A stretch of 64,000 nucleotides of DNA from IMG/VR virus record IMGVR_UViG_3300007511_000003, positions 32,001 to 96,000 of that record; one strand, written 5' to 3'. This stretch comes from a virus. The position numbers were made by a program, and so were the translations under genes. Positions 57,945-64,000 of this stretch are shown here, piece by piece (the stretch's first letter is position 1; every line of letters begins with the position of its first letter). The notes beneath the pieces were generated by a model, which saw only the letters and a list, made by a program, of their open reading frames with translations, was not told the origin of the DNA and ran no database searches.

Positions 57945-58585
57945 TGGCGTGCTCCCAGTTGAGGGTGTTTTTGGATGGCAGACTGGGCGGCTGCCAGTAT
58001 ATCTTCTGGTGGTTGGTCGGCATTGATTTGGTCTACTGACCTGCCCCTGAACAAGGGAGATCGGTGTAGGTTCTCAAAGTTGTAGGCTACGCGGTCGAAG
58101 AAAGCCCGATCCTCTTGTTCCATTCGATCCAACCCACGTTCAATCCTGGCCATTGCTTTAACCGGATCCATCAGCAACAAAAGAGTCAGGTGTGGGAACA
58201 CTCCCTGGACGGCCATGGCAGAAGCGGCCCGAAAATTGTCAACTGAAGTACGGCGACCACCTACTTGGTAAGCGAACGTACTGTCAATAAACCTATCACA
58301 GATAACCCAGTCTCCTCGGTCCAAAGCAGGCTGGATTACCTGGTGTACGTGTTGACAACGAGCGGCTGACACCAACAATAACTCGGCATCCCCACATAGG
58401 TCAGTCTCTGGGTCCAGAAGGATACTACGCATCCTTTCTCCAGCGGGAGTCCCGCCAGGTTCCCTTGTCACGACTACCTCCACCCCTTGGGTCTCTTTAA
58501 CCCAAGGGATCAGACCTTTCAAAAGGGTGGTCTTCCCTGTACCTTCACCACCCTCAATAGCAATAAACCTTCCGCTCATAGCCAT
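57941..58585 (-). CDS. tmk: Thymidylate kinase
   Basis: FIAIEGGEGTGKTT, TREPGGT, AAR.QH, CDRFIDST.AYQ, DRMEQE. Confidence 0.95.
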   Translation of the reverse strand: MAMSGRFIAIEGGEGTGKTTLLKGLIPWVKETQGVEVVVTREPGGTPAGERMRSILLDPETDLCGDAELLLVSAARCQHVHQVIQPALDRGDWVICDRFIDSTFAYQVGGRRTSVDNFRAASAMAVQGVFPHLTLLLLMDPVKAMARIERGLDRMEQEDRAFFDRVAYNFENLHRSPLFRGRSVDQINADQPPEDILAAAQSAIQKHPQLGARQ

Positions 58586-58625
58586 GCTCCTTCTTTGTAC
58601 CTGTGATGGTCATTTCCTTGAATTC

Positions 58626-58633
58626 TATTTACA
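58626..58633 (-). promoter_or_regulatory. TGTAAATA putative phage promoter for the tmk-polA operon
   Basis: Just downstream of a terminator, about 40 nt upstream of tmk. Confidence 0.6.
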
Positions 58634-58637
58634 GTTC

Positions 58638-58663
58638 AAAAAAAGAGGCCCGCGAAGGGCCCC
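58638..58663 (-). terminator. Intrinsic terminator
   Basis: GGGGCCC-ttcgc-GGGCCTC followed by T7 on the minus strand. Confidence 0.8.
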
Positions 58664-58695
58664 AGTATAACATCCAAGGAAAGGAGAGTGGTTGG

Positions 58696-59229
58696 TCAGT
58701 CAGGACGCGTGTTTTCTTCGGTCGGCTCGTCGGCCCGTATGAGACCTACCTGGGAGGCAGTCACAGAAGCGGGATGTGGGTGGGCTTGCTGTTTCTCAGG
58801 TCGGGCATCCGGATCCACCGACTTGGGCTTTTGCTGGACCGCTTTGGGTTCTCCCTCGGGTTTTTCTTGGCGTCGGGGGCCTTTGCCTTTCCGAGAACCA
58901 GGAGGGGTTACAGGACCGCTGGAGGGAGGTCGAATGGTGGCCGCCGTTTTGGGTGGCATGATGGGTTTGGGTGTCGCTTTGGCAGGAGCCGGATCTGGTT
59001 TCGCAGCAGGTTCTTCCACCAGCAAGCCTCGCAAAACAGGTTCTAGGCTTTCCATGTTGACAGGTTGAGAATTACGAACCAACCGAGAGGCGCCCTGCGC
59101 AGCACACCAACCAAAGTAGGCTTTACTTGTTACGTGGTCCCAGATTCCCGTGGTTTTGCCTGATAGGAATCCCTTATCAATCAACACCTGTTGGATCTGG
59201 GTGATTTCTTTGTGTCCAATGTCGGTCAT
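58696..59229 (-). CDS. Protein with N-terminal peptidoglycan-binding-like domain and Pro/Lys-rich tail
   Basis: ITQIQQVLIDKGF...TGIWD..T..A. Confidence 0.55.
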   Translation of the reverse strand: MTDIGHKEITQIQQVLIDKGFLSGKTTGIWDHVTSKAYFGWCAAQGASRLVRNSQPVNMESLEPVLRGLLVEEPAAKPDPAPAKATPKPIMPPKTAATIRPPSSGPVTPPGSRKGKGPRRQEKPEGEPKAVQQKPKSVDPDARPEKQQAHPHPASVTASQVGLIRADEPTEENTRPD

Positions 59230-59230
59230 G

Positions 59231-62200
59231 TTATTCGTTGCCTCCTGAGTCTTGTTTGGTAACCTTGAGTTGTTTATACTCTTCCTTCACTTGGTCGAGG
59301 TTACGAATATCATAACCTGCATCTACCATCTCCTTTACCTTGTCCTTGGCATCGTTCTTGGACTTGGCGAAGTAGAACCACTCTCCATTGGAACGCTCCC
59401 ACTTGACTCCCGGTACCTTGGCTTTCTGCCTCAGCGTCTTGGAAGCAGGTTGGGTGGGAATCGTAGCACAGATAAAGAGCTGGCCGTCTTGGATAACCGG
59501 GTACGGCCGCAGTATGGTTGGTTTTCCAACAGGGCGGAACCGCATACGGAAGAAGTTCTTGATATCCATCTGAGTGGCTTTAGGTACGTTCAACAGGCGT
59601 CCTTTGCCTTGGTCAAATGCCTGTTGAAGGCGACGAAGGGTACGGACGAAACTGCTCCGCATTTCGTAACCCTCGACTAAGGCATCCACCATAAGCGCCA
59701 TCTTTTGCTTGTTCGGGATATAGGCAAAAGCGTAAGCCGGGATCAGATGGAACCCAAGATCCTGCATCTCACTTGCAGGCGGAGCATCAGGGTCGTCGTC
59801 ATCAACGGTCACACAAATGATGTTGTTGGCGACCGTCAAGAACGCCTCAAAGCCATTACCTGCCTGCTTGTCACCTGTTGGAACAGGCTTCCGAACTTGG
59901 TCCCCACTTGGGCCCACCGGCTGTTCATCCTGGTCTTCGACTACCTCTGTGGGATCAACATCCATGCGGGGTTCTTCTTCGGCAGGAGGCTCTTCTTCCA
60001 TCTGTTGTTGGGCATCATCCATGAGATCTTCAACATGGTCTTCTGCCTGCTTCTTAAGCTGGTCTTTATGGTCCTCGGCTTGTTTCTGTTCTTCCTCCTC
60101 ATTGGTGGGCTCCTGTTCAACCTTAAGTTCCTTGATACCCTCACCTTCCGGCTGTTCGTCTGTAGGTGGAAGTCCTTCGTCCACCGGAGCCTCTGGAGTC
60201 TCCTCTGGTCCCATCTCTTGCGTTTGTTTCATAACCCGACGTAGGCGCCTACGTTCACGCCGCAATTCCTTTTCCAGTTCCTCGTTACCTTCTTGTACAG
60301 CCTGCTTGATCTTGACGGCAGTTTGTTTAATCTCCATCTGGAGTTCTTCAACCGTACGCCCGTCAGGCACCAAAGCACGCCGACGTTTTTGTTGACGTGA
60401 GGCTTTACCCGCTTTGGTCGCCGGGGCATTGGTTTTGTCACGCTGGACCTGAGCGTCAGAGCCAGTGTCTGGAACATTAACGGGCTCACCAACATCAATA
60501 ACCCCTACCGTGGGTAAGCCTAGCAAACCAACCAGACGTTCTTGGACCGGAGCGGTATCCTCAGACTGGATGATAAAACTCCGCATCTTGAAAGCCGACA
60601 CTGTTTGACCACTTGCCAGCTTGACCCTGATCTTGTTCTTAGTACCCCCAACAATAACACCATCCCCGAACTCTGTGTGGACACGGGCATTCACCGGGGT
60701 GAAATCATCCAACTCTTGCCCGTTGTCCTCCGCATAGTTGGCAAACGTCGATACCCCGAGTTCGTCCATGTATGGCAACACCTGCCCGTCAATGTAGGGC
60801 ACACCTACCATATACTGAGAACCCTCGAGGTCTGGGGCCGTAGCCACCAACCTTGGCTTTTTGTGGTGCTTGGGGTTGTTCTTATAGTTCTGGAAGTCCT
60901 TATGCTCTGCCTCCTTGTATGTGTGGAAGCCTTCCAGATACTGAGACAGGTTGGTCTCGAAATCGTTCTTCTCAGTGATCGAATCCAGTGTCATCGACAC
61001 CAGTGGAAGGTTCGGTACTCCATCGTACAGCGGGTTACCTTGCTCATCGAAACGAACCTTGGCCAACATTTTGGAGATCAAGCGGCTGATCTTGGTGACA
61101 TCAATGGATTGGTCACAAATCACCCAGTCAAAGTACACTTTGTCACGCTCGGCAAACTGCCCTTTCGGATCCGGCCGGAAGATACGCGACTCTGCCTGGT
61201 CCAACGCTCCGGGGCTCCACACCGACTCAACCCTAATCAACCGACTCGCCATTTGGAGGTTGAGGCCTTCCTCCAGAGACTTGCCCACACCGATCAGGAT
61301 CTGGATACGGTCATCCTTCATGAACTGGGCGACATGCTTGGCTTTCTCCGAAGCATGGTACCGAAGGGCCCGGCTCTGCAAGTCAGGAGGCAGGCCCTCG
61401 TACATGGCATCTGCTGATCGGTTGTAACCGCAGAACACCAGAATCTTGCCCGGGATACCCTGGCTGATGTGCTGGTTGCACAGCTTCGTAACCTGCATGG
61501 CTTTGGGGCTGACCTGGTCTGCGGGGTCCTTCAGGAGGGCTTCACCATCGTGGTCCATCGCAGGCGCCGACAGGAACTTTTCCATCCGTTGCATGTAGGG
61601 CCGTAGCAAAAACTCGATGTTCTCAGCTTCTACTTCATCACCAGACCTCAACTTGGACAAGAGGTCTTCGTTTTGGGCGATGAGCTCCAACGTCTGCTTG
61701 AGGATCGAATCGTAGACCGTCCGTTGGTTGGGCCTCATCTTGACAAAGTGGAAGTTCTCCACACGCTTTGGCAGGAGAGCCGCCCATTCCTTCCTCTTAA
61801 TGGTAACAAGGTTGGAAAACTGGCCTACTCGTTGGGCGATCTTCCGCTCAGCGTCAGGCTTCCAGCTCAAGACCTTTCCACCACGCCAATCCGAGGCATA
61901 GGCTTCGATGAACTTTTTCCTATTGCCAAAGGTAGCGGGGTCGATCATGTTAAACTGACCGACAATATCCGTCATCTGGTCAGTAACAAAGGTACCAGTT
62001 GCCAGCCTACGATAAGGGATATCTGCCGCTAGCCGTTGAGTAACCTGGCTACGAGTGGACGCTGGGTTCTTGACATTGTGGCTTTCATCCAGCGCGATGT
62101 AGTCGAACCCAAAGGACCGCAGCATCTCGCTGTTGTCACCAATCTTAATCGGTTCTGGACCGTAGGACTCTTCGCGGACACGACCCTTGATGAAGTCGTA

Positions 62201-64000
62201 GTCAGATACCACGATGGTATTCCGAGGTGCCTGTTCCAGGACTTTCTGGAGGCCTTCCTCTCCATATTGACGGAAAGTCTGGGTGGTGATTGGGATCATG
62301 TTCATCTTCCCTTTGAACAGGAAGACGCCATCCTCAATGTAGTTCCGCACCAAGTACCCAGGACACAAGATAATACCTCGCGTTACCTTGCCAGCCTGGA
62401 CCAACCGAATCAGGTCCGTCAAGATCAAAATCGTTTTTCCGCCCCCCGGCGACACATCCAGGATCGCAAACTGCGGATCCTGCACAAGATAGTTCTGGGT
62501 CTTCATCTGATGAGGCAGGAACGAAAACCCTTCGACATAAGGGAGAGCCGTAGGCTCTGCGTTGGGGTCGATCTGTGGATCGATGTAGGGTTGGCGCCTC
62601 TTGAGGTCAGCAGCAACCACCTGGTCATACTTGGAAGCGTACTTGGCAATACACAGGAGTTGGGCAACCTCTTTCATACCGTTTAGTACCGAACGCCCTG
62701 AGAGGGCCGCTGTCGGGTCCCCCTCAACCAACTTCCAAGCGGCTTCGACCATACGCCCGAGGGGACGGAGGGCCGGGACAGGGCTGTTGGAGGACACCAG
62801 GTGGAGTTTCCAGTCATCCATGGACGAATGTTGTTCCACCCATTCAGGCACATCAGCGGGGTTGGCAGACCGATCGTAGTCGTAGTAGGTCTTCAGATCG
62901 CGGACTGCGGAGTGTACTTTCCTGACGATCTCCCCTGGCGACATGTCAAAATAACCTCCTAGGATGTTGCGGAGACCCCAAGGTACACTGTACTTGTCGT
63001 CAGGGCTGTACTTTTCTGCCTGGGCAGGGTTCAGCAAAGACAAGAGTTCATCCGACTGACCAACGGGACCATCACCCATGAAAGAGTTAAGGTCGGTACC
63101 TCCGTCAGTCAAACGGTTGGCGGCGCGGCCGAGGTTCTCTAAGAGTTCTTCTTCCTCGTTATATCCAAACAACGGACGCTCCAACAAAGAAGCAATCGCG
63201 GTAGACTGGCCACTGGCAAAGCCTTCCAGGCTCCAGATTTTGAGAGCCGCACTCGTATCAGTGTAAGCAAGCCGGTTGTTTACCCAGTCTGTGTACACCA
63301 ACATATTGGCGGGGAGTTTCTTTGGCTTGACGGGTTCTTCACCTTCATCCACAGATACTCGACGGCGCCGACCAGATGGTTGTTTGACATCCTGGAAGGT
63401 GACTTCTTCCCCACCATGTTGGGAAGCAAAATCTTTCACTTCCTGGTCATAGGCGTCAACGTTATCAGATGTTGGAATCCAAACCAAATCCCCTTGGAAG
63501 GTGATGGACAGACCATCCTCGTTAACACGAGGCTTCACATCACCCTGCACATCGCTGTTAGAGTCACGGATGTTGCGGATGGGGTTCATCCGCGGTTGCC
63601 ACTTTTCACCCTTCTTGAACAACCCTTGGATCCATTGTTGACTCCACAAGAGCATGTCACTGGCTTCTGCCTGGGCAAAGGGCGTTTGGATTATGTACTC
63701 CGCGTACTCAGCAGGAACGTGCAACACCATTGATGTAAAGAAGTCCCGAGAGTTCAATGCCTGTGCGGCGAATCCAATTGGATTGGCGGCGTCTTTGATG
63801 CTGGTCAGTGGACTCTCTTTGTTGATGTCGGACTCATTGTATAGACCGCCACCATACCCCAAATCCTTGGCATCCAACGGAGGTGACATGAGGCGGATCA
63901 TCTTGACGTATTTTTTGAACAACGCCAGAGAGTCCTTGGAAACCGCCAAATCAGAATGGGTGGGGTCGAACCAAGGGCTTGTCTCAACAGCATCAGACGC
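59231..64000 (-). CDS. Very large SNF2-family helicase (5' end beyond window)
   Basis: LPHQ, SPGGGKT, LDESH.VKN, ATGT, KILVF, EGLNLQ.A, WSPG..DQAESR; frame is open to nt 64000. Confidence 0.88.
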   Translation of the reverse strand, partial: ASDAVETSPWFDPTHSDLAVSKDSLALFKKYVKMIRLMSPPLDAKDLGYGGGLYNESDINKESPLTSIKDAANPIGFAAQALNSRDFFTSMVLHVPAEYAEYIIQTPFAQAEASDMLLWSQQWIQGLFKKGEKWQPRMNPIRNIRDSNSDVQGDVKPRVNEDGLSITFQGDLVWIPTSDNVDAYDQEVKDFASQHGGEEVTFQDVKQPSGRRRRVSVDEGEEPVKPKKLPANMLVYTDWVNNRLAYTDTSAALKIWSLEGFASGQSTAIASLLERPLFGYNEEEELLENLGRAANRLTDGGTDLNSFMGDGPVGQSDELLSLLNPAQAEKYSPDDKYSVPWGLRNILGGYFDMSPGEIVRKVHSAVRDLKTYYDYDRSANPADVPEWVEQHSSMDDWKLHLVSSNSPVPALRPLGRMVEAAWKLVEGDPTAALSGRSVLNGMKEVAQLLCIAKYASKYDQVVAADLKRRQPYIDPQIDPNAEPTALPYVEGFSFLPHQMKTQNYLVQDPQFAILDVSPGGGKTILILTDLIRLVQAGKVTRGIILCPGYLVRNYIEDGVFLFKGKMNMIPITTQTFRQYGEEGLQKVLEQAPRNTIVVSDYDFIKGRVREESYGPEPIKIGDNSEMLRSFGFDYIALDESHNVKNPASTRSQVTQRLAADIPYRRLATGTFVTDQMTDIVGQFNMIDPATFGNRKKFIEAYASDWRGGKVLSWKPDAERKIAQRVGQFSNLVTIKRKEWAALLPKRVENFHFVKMRPNQRTVYDSILKQTLELIAQNEDLLSKLRSGDEVEAENIEFLLRPYMQRMEKFLSAPAMDHDGEALLKDPADQVSPKAMQVTKLCNQHISQGIPGKILVFCGYNRSADAMYEGLPPDLQSRALRYHASEKAKHVAQFMKDDRIQILIGVGKSLEEGLNLQMASRLIRVESVWSPGALDQAESRIFRPDPKGQFAERDKVYFDWVICDQSIDVTKISRLISKMLAKVRFDEQGNPLYDGVPNLPLVSMTLDSITEKNDFETNLSQYLEGFHTYKEAEHKDFQNYKNNPKHHKKPRLVATAPDLEGSQYMVGVPYIDGQVLPYMDELGVSTFANYAEDNGQELDDFTPVNARVHTEFGDGVIVGGTKNKIRVKLASGQTVSAFKMRSFIIQSEDTAPVQERLVGLLGLPTVGVIDVGEPVNVPDTGSDAQVQRDKTNAPATKAGKASRQQKRRRALVPDGRTVEELQMEIKQTAVKIKQAVQEGNEELEKELRRERRRLRRVMKQTQEMGPEETPEAPVDEGLPPTDEQPEGEGIKELKVEQEPTNEEEEQKQAEDHKDQLKKQAEDHVEDLMDDAQQQMEEEPPAEEEPRMDVDPTEVVEDQDEQPVGPSGDQVRKPVPTGDKQAGNGFEAFLTVANNIICVTVDDDDPDAPPASEMQDLGFHLIPAYAFAYIPNKQKMALMVDALVEGYEMRSSFVRTLRRLQQAFDQGKGRLLNVPKATQMDIKNFFRMRFRPVGKPTILRPYPVIQDGQLFICATIPTQPASKTLRQKAKVPGVKWERSNGEWFYFAKSKNDAKDKVKEMVDAGYDIRNLDQVKEEYKQLKVTKQDSGGNE

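Noticed and set aside
59252-63733. Long plus-strand ORFs opposite the SNF2 gene (e.g. 60542-61417) and similar shadow ORFs elsewhere
   Set aside because: They are antisense shadows of well-supported genes, with no motifs or RBS
1-64000. Stop-codon reassignment
   Set aside because: Long conserved genes are intact in code 11, and TAA, TAG and TGA all terminate recognisable genes; the two broken genes are frameshifts
1-64000. CRISPR array, tRNA or rRNA genes
   Set aside because: No regularly spaced repeats or cloverleaf signatures seen by eye, and intergenic gaps are short; a covariance-model scan was not run
1-64000. Bacterial chromosome origin
   Set aside because: Metabolic genes are isolated among phage-type small ORFs, with terminase, portal and phage replication genes, and without host operon context

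Overview
A 64 kb slice of a large (jumbo-type) tailed dsDNA phage genome in the standard code, densely packed with many ATGA overlaps. The left arm (about 1-31.0 kb, + strand) is accessory and metabolic. It carries a UvrD helicase, MazG-like protein, a truncated plus an intact queD, two PyrE-like PRTases, Hpt, PurC, PyrF, dCMP deaminase, ThyX-like protein, NrdJa, RNase HII, DapD, a NYN/LabA protein, a SpoT-type HD hydrolase, an Acb2/Tad1-like small protein and many small hypotheticals. The right arm (about 31-64 kb, - strand) is the core. In transcription order it holds a giant SNF2 helicase (5' end outside the window), Tmk, family A DNA polymerase, QueE, a clamp-like protein, FolE, UDG, NrdJb, an SF2 helicase, DnaB, terminase, an intein-containing portal, a probable prohead protease, membrane/lysis candidates and a GAF-GGDEF gene with a truncated EAL domain. 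The most notable feature is that the DNA polymerase is a fractured gene. Its two halves carry the N- and C-parts of a naturally split intein and are separated by an inverted free-standing PD-(D/E)xK homing endonuclease, so full-length polymerase would require protein trans-splicing. Also notable are a dispersed 7-deazaguanine pathway with no queC or dpdA visible here, a phage diguanylate cyclase, nrdJa and nrdJb lying about 19 kb apart, two recurrent promoter-like motifs (TGTAAATA, CTAATTT) and two frameshifted genes at slippage tracts. All calls come from motif recognition by eye; no searches were run.
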